Of a DNA stretch of 64,000 bases, positions 1 to 10,353 are shown one piece after another. Position numbers and translations under genes: made by a program. Location of the stretch: assembly GCA_965228855.1 (NCBI GenBank), contig CBDDIJ010000003.1, positions 1,728,001 through 1,792,000 of the forward strand, in the 5' to 3' direction. Numbering within the stretch: position 1 is the first letter of the stretch; every line of letters begins with the position of its first letter. A model generated the notes under the pieces. That model was not told the DNA's origin and made no database searches. It was given only the letters and a program-made list of their open reading frames with translations. The DNA comes from Candidatus Obscuribacterales bacterium (GTDB lineage Bacteria > Cyanobacteriota > Vampirovibrionia > Obscuribacterales > Obscuribacteraceae).

Positions 1-1375
1 TATCACCGCTGGCCAAAATCGCAATCGCTTCATCGAACTGCAGGTTCCCTGTAATCGTAATGTCGCCCGCGTTGTTGAAGAACGTTGGATCGCCGGATAT
101 CACGCTTTGCCCAATTATCAGGTTATCGGTTGAGGCCCCAATATGAGCAACCCCCGCGGAAACTTTCAGCTCGCCTGTCAGATCGCCGACGATACCGTCA
201 GCACTTCCGGCTCCAGCATTGACTATAAGTTTGTTAGAGTAGTAGTCACCGCCGCTGAGAAGAACTCCCTCGGATTCACCAAAATTGTTGTTACCGATCG
301 TGATATCGCCATTGGTGGCAGAGAACGTCCCACCTTGACCATTTATAGCAACAAGTCTTGCAGCGCTTGACGCTTGCAATTGGTCAGCGATGTTTATGTT
401 ACCTGCCGTTGCACTCATCAAACCGTTATTGATGATGGTGGCACTCTGTAAACTCAGGTTGTTTCCAGCGGTGATTGCCGGCGCGCTACCGTTTTCACTG
501 ACGTTGAAAATCGTGCCGCCGGCGGTCAGGTTTACATTGCCGGCGCCGGTAATTATCCCGCTGTTTACAATATCCGTGACAGAGTTCAAGTTTAAGTCGA
601 GCGGATTTGTGCCTGTAGCTATCGAACCCGTAGCGGAGTTGCGGATGTGATTTGCGTTGATCGTTGCAGCAAGAACTGCAGGATCGCTTGCATTCACTAT
701 CAGATTCCCAGCGTTTCTGAGATTACCGCTGACATTAAGGGTCTGCGCGGAAGTAAAATCTCCCGTCACGGTAACATTTTTAGGGATGTAGAGGCTGCTC
801 AGGTCTTGAACCGACCCAGCATCCAGGCTCAAACTGCCACCACTAGCGCTACCATTTCTCGCTAGCTTTAGAGTTTGTCCACCCTCCTGCATGACTTGAT
901 ACACAGCGGCCAGTTCTGCCGCAGTGAGAGTAGAACCGTTCTCAATCTTGACGTTCTGACCACCACGACTAATTGTGACGTTACCTGTCAGATTCGAAAT
1001 AGAGTACGTGTCACGACGTGACCTCAAATTTAAATCAGTTGGAAACTTGGATAAATCGACGGACATTATGCGTCGAGAAGCGCGGTCTGCGGCTTGATTG
1101 GCTTGTAATGCGTTGATTGTACGTGCGGTATCAAACTGCATTCGGTTTTCCATGCGGAGAATCCGGGCTTCGTGCCGAGAAGCCTTATCGCTCATTTGCA
1201 AAACGCGGTCGCTCCGGTCGCGAACTTGTCTATCGCTGTTGAATGCTCTGCGAGTTGCGCCTTGTATAGCGCTCTCGAAGGACTGATTATGGGGAGACGC
1301 AAGAGATGCCTGGGCGGAAAGCGCCAGAGCAGCCAGAATTGCCAAGGCGCCAGCACCCTTCTTGTACTTTTTCAT
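1..1375 (-). CDS. Large secreted haemagglutinin-like protein, N-terminal part only (runs off the left edge); paralog of 1659..6671
   Basis: Not in the ORF track because it has no stop in the window. ATG at 1375 follows a GAGG RBS and reads MKKYKKGAGALAILAALALSAQASLASPHNQS (signal peptide). Spot-translated blocks match the neighbour (DLNLRSRRD, LTAAELAAVYQV, GGDYYS, GDPTFFNNAGD). Confidence 0.85.
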   Translation of the reverse strand, partial: MKKYKKGAGALAILAALALSAQASLASPHNQSFESAIQGATRRAFNSDRQVRDRSDRVLQMSDKASRHEARILRMENRMQFDTARTINALQANQAADRASRRIMSVDLSKFPTDLNLRSRRDTYSISNLTGNVTISRGGQNVKIENGSTLTAAELAAVYQVMQEGGQTLKLARNGSASGGSLSLDAGSVQDLSSLYIPKNVTVTGDFTSAQTLNVSGNLRNAGNLIVNASDPAVLAATINANHIRNSATGSIATGTNPLDLNLNSVTDIVNSGIITGAGNVNLTAGGTIFNVSENGSAPAITAGNNLSLQSATIINNGLMSATAGNINIADQLQASSAARLVAINGQGGTFSATNGDITIGNNNFGESEGVLLSGGDYYSNKLIVNAGAGSADGIVGDLTGELKVSAGVAHIGASTDNLIIGQSVISGDPTFFNNAGDITITGNLQFDEAIAILASGD

Positions 1376-1483
1376 TTCAATTTCCTCGATAGAAAAGTTC
1401 GCTTGGCTCAAAGTACCTCCGCAGTCAGCCCTACGGAGGAGCGACAAAGTCGTGGTTCGAACCAAGAAGTCGATTCGCCTGGT

Positions 1484-1542
1484 AGCTTACTACATAAAAC
1501 ATTTGACTGATCGCAGAGACAATAGGTTGGCTAGGTTTTATC
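1484..1542 (-). promoter_or_regulatory. Three-block upstream motif, copy 1 (sense GATAAAACCTAGCCA-N14-CGATCAG-N16-GTAAGCT)
   Basis: The same three blocks with the same N14 and N16 spacers recur at 6745..6804 upstream of the paralog. TAAGCT resembles a -10 box. Confidence 0.6.
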
Positions 1543-1658
1543 CTAGGACGAAGGTTTCACGAACCCTTAACAACCGGAAATCTTCGAGCCCGGATTTCAA
1601 GGGAGACGCAGACGGAGAGTCCTCTGGCTCCGTTTCCTTATCCCAAGGTCATCTCGGG

Positions 1659-4600
1659 CTAAGGGGTCACGGTTCCATTGGCGCCATCACTACCGACCGT
1701 TCCGTCCAGTCCATCCGGGTTTCCGATCCCGCCTACACCAAGTGCCCCACCAAGACCACCGCTGGCTTCAACCAAACCGCCGAGCGAATTAGTAGAGGTA
1801 ATGTTGCCGCCGTTTCCGCCGTTGCCACCGTTACCACCATCGCCCGCCGCCGCTGAACCGGATGCGACACCGCCATCACCACCTGTGCCGCCGGTGCCGC
1901 CATCGCCACCCGAAGCCGTCGCGGATCCGCTCACAGTTACGACTGTTTTGCTTCCGAGTTTTAGAGAGCCAGCATTTCCTCCCAGCCCTCCGGTAGCTCC
2001 AGCCGTGCCTTCTGATGGTGCACCACCGGCGTTGCCGCCGTTGCCTCCTGCACCTCCGGCGCCACCAGCGCCGCCGTCAGTTACGATGTTGAAAATCGTG
2101 ATATCACCCTTAAACTTGTCCGCGGTTATTGTCCCGCCGGCTCCACCAGTGCCTCCCTGTGCAGAAGCTCCCGCCTGACCAGCATTGTGATTATTGGAAG
2201 AACCCGCAGCTCCACCAGCGCCGCCGCTTCCGCCAAGACCGCCAATAGCAATCAGGCCTCCCGCGCTTAAACTAGCAGCGGTTACCTTGATAGAACCCGC
2301 GGTACCGCCATTTCCACCAGCACTAGCGTTAGATCCGTTGCCGCCGGTGGCGGAGTCAAACGATGAGCCTCCGGCGCCACCATTGGCGCCGTCACCGCCA
2401 GAACCGCCATTGACATTTGAAGCGTTGATGTTTGCGGTGCCCTTCTTCGCGGAGATCGCCACAGTGCCACCGTCCCCTCCATCGCCGGAAGTTCCAGCGA
2501 GTCCGCCGCTTCCACCAATTGCCGGGAATGCACCAGCGTTGCCACCGTCGCCAGCGCGGCCGGCAGAACCGCCGTATCCACCGTTAGCTCTCGCCACGCC
2601 GGAAACTGTAATACTTCCTGATTTAGAGCTCACCTCGATGACGCCCCCCGCGCCGCCCTGGAGACCGGCAAAACCGTTTCCACCAGCTCCGCCGCTTCCC
2701 AAGCTTGCAGTTCCACCGGCGCCACCACTACCGGTGCCTGAAGCAGCGCTGCCGTCTGCTGCCAGAACCGAGACCGTAACATCGCCTGCGCTTTTTAATT
2801 TGACGGTTCCTCCCTTGGCGGAAGCGCCCACAGTACCGGCATCTCCGCCTCGTCCGCCGGTACCACCGACAGCGTCACCGCCTGTCCCTCCCGTCCCCGC
2901 AGAAGGAATCGAGGTTCCACCGCTTGCCGAAGCAGCAGCTAAAATTGTGATGTCGGGAGCAGTTTTGCCTTTGGTGGAGATGAAGATGAACCCACCGTCG
3001 GCGTTGTTGCCGCTATTGCCACCATTTCCTCCATTGCCTCCATCGATTGATATACCAGCTAGAGCGGAAGAACCATTGCCGCCAGCTCCGCCTGAACCTC
3101 CATTACCACCATCTGCGATGACATTTATCGCTTGAAAGGAGGAAGCGGAAATCTTGATTGTTCCAGCCATTTGAGCATTGCCACCGTTACCCCCCGCGCC
3201 ACCATTACCGGAGCTCGTTGGGTCACCGGAACTATCCGCAGCCGCACCACCCGCACCGCCACTTCCGGCAGATGAACTGGAGGCTAGCACGCTCCCAATG
3301 TTGATTGCGCCACCCGTAATTGTCACCGTGCCGCTAGCGCTAGACGCTCCAGCATTACCGCCGTCACCGCCATTGCCGCTCACGGCACTGTCGCTCACGC
3401 CGCCAGCACCACCGGCGCCACCATTTCCAGACTGTACACCACTGCGCCCCGCGTATAGGACGCCAGGAAGATTTATAGTAGGGCTGGAAAGAATTATAGA
3501 ACCGTTCTGACCACCTTGCAGAGAGTCGCCACCTCTGCCGCCATTCCCGGCGTTACCACTGCCGGCGTCCCCACCTGCGCCACCATCGCCGCCACGTCCG
3601 GAACTGCCGCCGCTCGCGGAAATGGTGCCAACACCAGTTATTGCACCACCCTTCTTGGAGGTCGTTATAGTCACGACGCCGCTTTCAGCACCGGCTCCAC
3701 CGACGCCTCCGGAACCTCCATCACCACCGTCGCCGGAAGGAGAGTTGACTCCGCCCCCTCCGCCAGTGCCGCCCGCACCGCCATCGCCAGCGCTCGAAAG
3801 TAATGCGGTTGCAACATTAATCGTTCCGGTGCCCGCACGCAAATTCAGATCACTAGAAGCTCCACCAGTGCCTCCTGCTCCGCCCTCTCCACCGCCGCGT
3901 CCAGTTCCATTCGCAGAGTCTCCTGAAGTGCCACCGTCACCACCGAGACCTCCGGTGCCTCCTTGTGAGACTACAAGTCCTGAGGAAATATTTCCGGAGC
4001 TGGATGTTTCCAACAGTATGGTGCCGCCTGCACCACCATTCCCACCGTCACCACCAGCGCCACCAGCTCCGCCTGTACTACTTAGACCGACACCACCATT
4101 TCCTCCATGCCCCCCGGCACCGCCAATTGCTCCTTGAGAGATCAAAGTAGAGGTACTGATCGTCCCTCCGCTGGATATAACAGATACCTCAGCGCCTGAA
4201 CCCCCAGCACCACCTGTTCCACCGTTGCCACCATCTGTGCCGGGCACATTGTCTACTCCCGGGCTGCCATTGCCGCCATTCCCACCCTCACCAGCTATAC
4301 TGATTGCGGCTCCGACGGATATGTCGCCAGTGGCGTTCAATATGATGCTACCTGAAGCCCCACCAATCCCACCGTTACCGCCATTTTGAGGACTTGCTCC
4401 GGCTCCGTTGGCGCCATCACCACCTGAACCTCCAATGGCTATGAGTGAACTTGCAGCGGCGTTTATCCCCCCTGAAGTTGCCGTAATAGTGATAGTTCCG
4501 GCATCTTGAGCATCTCCACCTGCGGCACCAGGAATGCTACCAGTCGCTCCGTCGGCGCCATTAGTAACGACAATTCCCGAAATTGAAACGTCGCTTGCGG

Positions 4601-6671
4601 TGATAACAAGATCTCCGCCCTTTTTACCTTCATTTACAGCATTGAGGGATGCCCCACCCCCAGAAATAGCTGCAGATCCGTCGGTCAGCATCGTCAAATC
4701 GCCGCCCAGCGTCACGGTTGTTCCCGTGCTAATACCTCCAGATGCCAGTTTTTTGGATACCTTGATAGCTGAACCGGAGTAGTTACCCGTGCTGTCGAAG
4801 GTGAGCTTGAGTTGCGCCTGGGCATTGATCAGGCTAACAGAGCCTACGGCTCCGGTGCCAGTTCCCTCTATAATGGTGCCCGTTGAGATCGCAACTGCAT
4901 TTTGTCCGCCAGCGATAACGGAAACCGAACCATTGCTTCCGCTGCCAAACCCGAAAGCGTTGATTGTTCCAACATCTACAACACCCTTGTCACCGCTTTT
5001 GTTGGCGAGCGCAATAAGGGTGACGTTGGCGCCAGAACCATTGGCGTTGTTGAAAAGTCCATCATCGCCGCTAGAGTCAATCGTTGAACTCGACAATAGA
5101 ATGCTTCCTCCGGTGGAGGAGACCTTGCCTACCTGGACGAAAGTGCCGCCTGCGATGGGGTTACCAATCGGGACTTGTGAAACAGGGACTGCGCCGTTGA
5201 TTGGTTTCAACGTCGCGCCGGCGATCATCGTTATCGTCTGCCCATCTCCTTCTACAGTTCTAGCAGTAATAGTCTTTGCGGTGCCACCGTCTGTGATATC
5301 ACCACTAGCGAGGATAGCAATCGCTTCTATAAAGGTAAGTGGACCTGTGATCGTGACATCACCACTATCGTTGAAAAATGTCGGGTCGCCAGTAATTACG
5401 CTCTGGCCAAGTTGCAAATTATCAGTAGATGCCCCAATGTGTGCGGTGCCGGCTGAGACTTTGAGCTCACCGGTGAGTTCACCGACAACACCATCAACGC
5501 TACCACTACCGGCGTTGACGATTAACTTCTTCGAAAAGTAATCACCGCCGGAAAGCAAGATGGCGTCGGTAGCACCGAAGCTGTTACTGCCGATTGTAAT
5601 GTCGCCATTGTTGGCCAAGAAAGCTCCGCCCGCTGCATCGATTGTCACCATATGAGGTGCTCCGGCCTGGAGTTGATCGGCAATGTTGATGTTGCCAGTG
5701 GATGCAACAATGGAGCCCGCATTCAAAATAGAGTTAGCTTGCAAGCTCACATTTGAACCCGATATGGAAGCAACAGTCGCTCCAGCCTTTTCAGGCGCAT
5801 TGATTATCGCGCCGCCGGCGATAAGAGTCACAGTGCCACCGCCGGTTATGTTACCGCTGTTAACTATATCTGTCTGAGCTATCAGATTCAAATCTAACGG
5901 ATTGGCTTCGGATGCCGAAGTTGCGATGCTACCTGTCGCCGAATTGCGAATGTGATTCGCACTAACCGTCGCCGCGGCGACCTGAGGGTCATGGGACAGA
6001 ATTACGAGGTTGCCTGCATTACGAAGATTGCCCGAGATGTCGAGTTGGTTCACCGAAGTGAAGTCACCGGTGACAGTGACATTCTTCGGGATATTCAGAC
6101 TACTGAGAGTTCCTACCGTGCCAGCGTCCAGGTTCAATGCGCCACCATTGGCGCTACCATTGTTCTGCAAACTGAGAGTCTGTCCGCCCTGCTGTAAAAC
6201 CTGATAAACAGCAGCCAACTCGGCTGCTGTCAGTTTAGTTCCGTTATCAACCAGGACGTCCTGACCTGCTCTGCTGATCGTGACATTACCGCTTAGATTC
6301 GAAATCGTGTATGAATCGCGCCTCGATCTCAAGTTTAAGTCAGACGGTAAGCGACTGAGATCGACCGATGTAATTCGCCGACTCGCACGCTCCGCGCTCT
6401 GGAAGTTCTGAATTGCTTGAATGGAACGGGCAGTGTCAAACTGCTTGTGGTTCTCCATCCGTATAAGCTTGTTTTCCCGGCGCGACGCTGTTGCACCCAT
6501 GTCCAGAATATTCTGAGCGCGTCCATGTCCACGTTCATTAGAAACTACCTTTCGGCTAGCATTCAGAATTGCGCTGTCAAAGGACTGCGGATGAGCAGAA
6601 GATGATTGAGCGAACAACGCTATGGATGCCAGAACCGCAAAAGTGTACGCACCCTTTTTAAACTTTCTCAT
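1659..6671 (-). CDS. Giant secreted glycine-rich protein (~1670 aa): haemagglutinin-like N-terminal module plus PGRS-like GGxGGxGG repeats
   Basis: ORF track gives 1659..6698. ATG 6671 (MRKFKKGAYTFAVLASIALFAQSSSA) is preferred because it matches the paralog start. The C-terminal ~1000 aa consist of about 17-18 units of Gly-rich segment plus short beta-strands. Confidence 0.85.
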   Translation of the reverse strand: MRKFKKGAYTFAVLASIALFAQSSSAHPQSFDSAILNASRKVVSNERGHGRAQNILDMGATASRRENKLIRMENHKQFDTARSIQAIQNFQSAERASRRITSVDLSRLPSDLNLRSRRDSYTISNLSGNVTISRAGQDVLVDNGTKLTAAELAAVYQVLQQGGQTLSLQNNGSANGGALNLDAGTVGTLSSLNIPKNVTVTGDFTSVNQLDISGNLRNAGNLVILSHDPQVAAATVSANHIRNSATGSIATSASEANPLDLNLIAQTDIVNSGNITGGGTVTLIAGGAIINAPEKAGATVASISGSNVSLQANSILNAGSIVASTGNINIADQLQAGAPHMVTIDAAGGAFLANNGDITIGSNSFGATDAILLSGGDYFSKKLIVNAGSGSVDGVVGELTGELKVSAGTAHIGASTDNLQLGQSVITGDPTFFNDSGDVTITGPLTFIEAIAILASGDITDGGTAKTITARTVEGDGQTITMIAGATLKPINGAVPVSQVPIGNPIAGGTFVQVGKVSSTGGSILLSSSTIDSSGDDGLFNNANGSGANVTLIALANKSGDKGVVDVGTINAFGFGSGSNGSVSVIAGGQNAVAISTGTIIEGTGTGAVGSVSLINAQAQLKLTFDSTGNYSGSAIKVSKKLASGGISTGTTVTLGGDLTMLTDGSAAISGGGASLNAVNEGKKGGDLVITASDVSISGIVVTNGADGATGSIPGAAGGDAQDAGTITITATSGGINAAASSLIAIGGSGGDGANGAGASPQNGGNGGIGGASGSIILNATGDISVGAAISIAGEGGNGGNGSPGVDNVPGTDGGNGGTGGAGGSGAEVSVISSGGTISTSTLISQGAIGGAGGHGGNGGVGLSSTGGAGGAGGDGGNGGAGGTILLETSSSGNISSGLVVSQGGTGGLGGDGGTSGDSANGTGRGGGEGGAGGTGGASSDLNLRAGTGTINVATALLSSAGDGGAGGTGGGGGVNSPSGDGGDGGSGGVGGAGAESGVVTITTSKKGGAITGVGTISASGGSSGRGGDGGAGGDAGSGNAGNGGRGGDSLQGGQNGSIILSSPTINLPGVLYAGRSGVQSGNGGAGGAGGVSDSAVSGNGGDGGNAGASSASGTVTITGGAINIGSVLASSSSAGSGGAGGAAADSSGDPTSSGNGGAGGNGGNAQMAGTIKISASSFQAINVIADGGNGGSGGAGGNGSSALAGISIDGGNGGNGGNSGNNADGGFIFISTKGKTAPDITILAAASASGGTSIPSAGTGGTGGDAVGGTGGRGGDAGTVGASAKGGTVKLKSAGDVTVSVLAADGSAASGTGSGGAGGTASLGSGGAGGNGFAGLQGGAGGVIEVSSKSGSITVSGVARANGGYGGSAGRAGDGGNAGAFPAIGGSGGLAGTSGDGGDGGTVAISAKKGTANINASNVNGGSGGDGANGGAGGSSFDSATGGNGSNASAGGNGGTAGSIKVTAASLSAGGLIAIGGLGGSGGAGGAAGSSNNHNAGQAGASAQGGTGGAGGTITADKFKGDITIFNIVTDGGAGGAGGAGGNGGNAGGAPSEGTAGATGGLGGNAGSLKLGSKTVVTVSGSATASGGDGGTGGTGGDGGVASGSAAAGDGGNGGNGGNGGNITSTNSLGGLVEASGGLGGALGVGGIGNPDGLDGTVGSDGANGTVTP

Positions 6672-6744
6672 CAATGCTCTCCAGCGTGACAGTCCCAAAT
6701 TTGACGACCGAGCGGACCCGACGCCAACATAAACAAGAATCAGA

Positions 6745-6804
6745 AGCTTACACTAATTTCCGCATGTCTGATCGACTCGCGTCACAAGTGGCTCAGGTTT
6801 TATC
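6745..6804 (-). promoter_or_regulatory. Three-block upstream motif, copy 2
   Basis: Plus strand AGCTTAC(6745)-N16-CTGATCG(6768)-N14-TGGCTcAGGTTTTATC(6789), matching 1484..1542. Confidence 0.6.
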
Positions 6805-6824
6805 AACTTACGACCGGTCAATGC

Positions 6825-8351
6825 CTAGATCTTGGAACCGGGATCGCGCAGATACTTAGCGCGATCAGAAATTTCCTTCTTCCAACTCTCAGGTTTGCCA
6901 GCCAAGCCTTTCATGATTAGTGCCATTCGATGATTTTGAGAGAAAGCTTCTTCATTGCGGAGGAGGAAATGCCAATATAAGGTGTTGAATGGACAGGCAT
7001 TGTCGCCGGTACTTTCCTTTTGATTGTATTCGCACTTTTTGCAGAAATCCGACATTTTGTTGATGTAATTTGCCGACGCAGCGTAGGGCTTGGTGCCGAT
7101 GTATCCACCATCAGCATGAAGTGCCATTCCTATCACGTTCGGTACCATCACCCAATCGTATCCGTCCACAAACATTTCTTCGAACCACAAGTCTGTTTCC
7201 TGCGGATCGTAACCGGCAATCATCGCAAAATTCCCAAGCAACATCAATCGAACGATATGATGAGCGTATCCATGTTTGAGTACAGTCTCAATCGCGTCCC
7301 GCATGCACCTCATTTTGGTATCACCTGTAGTGAAGAAATCAGGCAGCTTCAACTGCGCATCCTTGAGGTGATTGCGCTGTTTGTATTCAGGCATGAGGCG
7401 CCAGTAGACACGCCACACGAACTCGCGCCAACCAATCAACTGCCGAATAAAACCCTCGACTGAAGCCAATCGCGCCGCATTACCAATATATCTGCGTTCA
7501 GCCTCTTTGCACAGTTCTAGCGGGTGCAGCAAACACGTGTTGACGTATGGAGATAAAACTGAATGGTTGAGAAACGGCTCGCCATGCAACATCGAGTCCT
7601 GGTGCGGTCCGAATTCGTCAAGCCGTTTGTCGAAGAAGTCTTTTGCGGCTTTCAATGCGTCGCCTCGAGTCACCGCATAGATCCAATCACGACTTTCGCC
7701 TGGATGATCGGGGAAATTTTCGTCAACCATTTTTATAACAGCTTGAGTAATTTCGTCCGGAGGAAACGTCCTTAGCGCTTCGAATTTGAAATCTTTCCCT
7801 GGCGGTTGTCGGTTTTCTTTATCGAAATTCCAGTCACCGCCAGTGGGGTTATCGCCGTCCATAAGCAAATTCGTCTTCTTACGCATCAGGCGATAAAACC
7901 GCTCCATAGTGACGCGCGAGTCCTTCGTTTTGTGAAGGTCTTCAAACTCCTTAGCGGTTGAAATGAAATTGCAGTGCGGCGTGATTGTGACTTTACGATC
8001 CGGAAGCAAGCGTTTTAGTTTTTCATTCGCGCCAAATTCGGATTGCTCCATGAAAATGACTTCCGTCGGCTTGTTTTTCTCCAGATGATCTTGAACGGCC
8101 GATTCGAAATCCGGATGCTCTTTGTAGTAATCGACCTGCCATCCTGCATCTCGAAGTTCGTCGGCGAAGTGACGCATGACGGAATAAATCAAAATGAGTT
8201 TCTTCTTGTGATATTTGATTTTGCCACCACGTTTGATTGACTCAATCATCAAAACTCGTGGTTTCGTCTGCGACTCAGCGGCGGCAAGCAATGCAGTGTT
8301 GTTCATGGAACACTGGTCGCCGGTTATCCAGACGGTAACGCTTTCACTCAT
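6825..8351 (-). CDS. Cryptochrome/photolyase family protein, Fe-S bacterial type (COG3046; PhrB/CryB-like (6-4) photolyase)
   Basis: Motifs WITGDQ, HKKKL..IYSVMRHFA, GGDWNFDKENR, EGFIRQLIGWREF, YAHHIVRLM, KPYAASANYINKMSDFCKKC..CPFN. Four Cys are available for a [4Fe-4S] cluster. Confidence 0.92.
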   Translation of the reverse strand: MSESVTVWITGDQCSMNNTALLAAAESQTKPRVLMIESIKRGGKIKYHKKKLILIYSVMRHFADELRDAGWQVDYYKEHPDFESAVQDHLEKNKPTEVIFMEQSEFGANEKLKRLLPDRKVTITPHCNFISTAKEFEDLHKTKDSRVTMERFYRLMRKKTNLLMDGDNPTGGDWNFDKENRQPPGKDFKFEALRTFPPDEITQAVIKMVDENFPDHPGESRDWIYAVTRGDALKAAKDFFDKRLDEFGPHQDSMLHGEPFLNHSVLSPYVNTCLLHPLELCKEAERRYIGNAARLASVEGFIRQLIGWREFVWRVYWRLMPEYKQRNHLKDAQLKLPDFFTTGDTKMRCMRDAIETVLKHGYAHHIVRLMLLGNFAMIAGYDPQETDLWFEEMFVDGYDWVMVPNVIGMALHADGGYIGTKPYAASANYINKMSDFCKKCEYNQKESTGDNACPFNTLYWHFLLRNEEAFSQNHRMALIMKGLAGKPESWKKEISDRAKYLRDPGSKI

Positions 8352-8393
8352 ATTCCGTATATTGGCAGCCTACCGTGAATTCAAGGTGAACAG

Positions 8394-10268
8394 TTACTGA
8401 GCATCATATTTTCTCTGAAACTCGGCGAGCTTCGCTGGCATGTGAGTTTTAAGAAATTTTGTCGTTTTCTGAACGTCGTTCTTTGTTGCGGAATTATCCG
8501 GACCAAGCACCATCTTCGATACCAGCGTGGCCCTAATGTAGTGTTCGGCAGCCTCCTCGAACTTTCCTTCATGATGCAGGGCGCTACCTAGTTGCCATTC
8601 TGCCGAAGGAACAAACTCCGAGTCAGCATTCGGATAGAGCTTGTTCACGATCTCTAGCGTTTCCCTGCCGACTTTCTCAGCTTCCGAATACTGACCTAAG
8701 CCCTCCAGTGCCTGCGCCAGACGAAAGAGAGAAGTAACGGTGTAATCATGATACTTCCCAAGTACACGCTTCTTTATTGCCACAGCCTCGCGAGCATGTT
8801 CCAGACCCTGTTTAAACTGGTTTCGTTGATTGTAGATATCGCTCAACCACTCGTGAATAGAACCTCTATCAAAATCCTCGCGGTGTTGAAGATTTGCCTC
8901 CAATGCCTTGTTGAAGAATTTTATTGCAGTATCAAAATTTCCGCTTGTGCTGGAGTGTCTGGCAAAGTCCAGATATATCGCTTCTCTTTGAGCGATCGGC
9001 GCATTGTTTTTCTCTGCGGACCTGACCGCTTTCCAATAGAATGATGTAGCACTTGCAAAATTGTTGGGACCAAGAGACTTCTCGGTAGCGGCTTTGCGCG
9101 AAAGCGCTTCCCACTCATTCGGTAGGAATATGGGCCGAGCAATCGGATAGATGACAACGACGACAGCGGCAACAATTGCAAATACGATAGCAACGACTGA
9201 AATTAAAGCGAGTCTGAATACGCCGATCGATTTTTTCTGACGCCGTAAAACGGGCTTGGCCGAGGGATCTTCGATGCACTGCTTAAAGTCCTCAATTTTT
9301 TGCCAGCGGTCTTCCGGTTTCTTTTCCAAACAGCCTTGAACGGCTCGATGCAGGTTAGGAGGCCATTTGAAAGTAGAAAAATCAGGTGCGTCATTGACGT
9401 GAGACATCAAGGTCTGAAGCGCACTTTCAGACACAAAGGGCGGAAGTCCGGTTAAACATTCGAACGTCACACACCCCATTGAATAGATGTCGGAGCGTTT
9501 GTCAGCCCGCTTACCCAGGCATTGTTCAGGGCTCATGTAATTGGGAGTTCCGAAAACCTCACCGGTTTGCGTCAGATTAGCTTCCTTCTCCTCGTCGACT
9601 AATTTAGCAATACCGAAATCGACTATCTTGGCGGTTTCTTCACCGGCAGAATTTCGAGTAATGATGATATTAGCCGGCTTCAAATCGCGATGTATCACAC
9701 CGTTATCATGAGCGTGCTTCAAGCCATCACACACTTGAGTGATCAGCTTCTGCACACGTTCAACCGGAAGTTTTCCTCCAGCATTATCTATTGCATCCTG
9801 CAGCGAAATACCTTCAACGAAATCCATAACCAGGTACGGACGGTTTTGTTCGTCTTGCCCGAATTCGCGAACCGCAGCTATATTCGGATGGTTCAGGGCG
9901 GTAGCGGTTTTCGCTTCTTGCTGAAACCGCTGAATTCCTTTTGCATGAAGTTGACCACCGTGGATAAATTTGACAGCCACCACTCGGTCAAGGAGAACGT
10001 GGCGAGCCTTGTACACGGTGCTCATGCCACCACTGCCTAGTACGGATAAAATTTCGAAACGCCCCGCGATGGTGGTACCAACTAGTGCCTCTGCATCTCC
10101 AGTATCATCGGGTTCAGGGAATGAGAAGTTATCATTAGTCGCGAATGGATCAACAAAAGGGCTGACAGCAGGCGCCGGTTTTTGAACAGGACCATCGTCA
10201 ACATGATGGGGTGAGCCTTCGACGACAAACTTCAGATGTTCCTGCTGCTTAAGATCTTCGTCACTCAC
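8394..10268 (-). CDS. Hanks-type Ser/Thr protein kinase with transmembrane helix and C-terminal TPR repeats
   Basis: GSGGMS, VAVK, HRDLKPAN, DFG, GTPNYMSPEQ; hydrophobic LALISVVAIVFAIVAAVVVVIY; helical TPR-like repeats after it. Confidence 0.93.
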   Translation of the reverse strand: MSDEDLKQQEHLKFVVEGSPHHVDDGPVQKPAPAVSPFVDPFATNDNFSFPEPDDTGDAEALVGTTIAGRFEILSVLGSGGMSTVYKARHVLLDRVVAVKFIHGGQLHAKGIQRFQQEAKTATALNHPNIAAVREFGQDEQNRPYLVMDFVEGISLQDAIDNAGGKLPVERVQKLITQVCDGLKHAHDNGVIHRDLKPANIIITRNSAGEETAKIVDFGIAKLVDEEKEANLTQTGEVFGTPNYMSPEQCLGKRADKRSDIYSMGCVTFECLTGLPPFVSESALQTLMSHVNDAPDFSTFKWPPNLHRAVQGCLEKKPEDRWQKIEDFKQCIEDPSAKPVLRRQKKSIGVFRLALISVVAIVFAIVAAVVVVIYPIARPIFLPNEWEALSRKAATEKSLGPNNFASATSFYWKAVRSAEKNNAPIAQREAIYLDFARHSSTSGNFDTAIKFFNKALEANLQHREDFDRGSIHEWLSDIYNQRNQFKQGLEHAREAVAIKKRVLGKYHDYTVTSLFRLAQALEGLGQYSEAEKVGRETLEIVNKLYPNADSEFVPSAEWQLGSALHHEGKFEEAAEHYIRATLVSKMVLGPDNSATKNDVQKTTKFLKTHMPAKLAEFQRKYDAQ

Positions 10269-10353
10269 GATTTGGTCCTGCTCAAAAGAACTTGGTGATT
10301 CCGTGATTCCGTTCGAACTCGTGCAATCTATCTATTCTAGCGCGCGGAGAAAA

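Noticed and set aside
1417..1439. CCTCCG..CGGAGG hairpin as part of a c-di-GMP or other riboswitch
   Set aside because: No recognisable aptamer consensus around it.
1678..6204. Many Pro-rich plus-strand ORFs (e.g. 2194..3135, 4789..5541)
   Set aside because: They are antisense shadows of Gly codons in the minus-strand gene. The same applies to plus-strand ORFs within 21161..31153.
1..6671. Similarity of 1..1375 to ~5300..6671 as a DGR template/variable pair or assembly duplication
   Set aside because: Differences are spread across all bases with indels and both copies appear coding. No reverse transcriptase is present. It is an ordinary diverged tandem paralogy.
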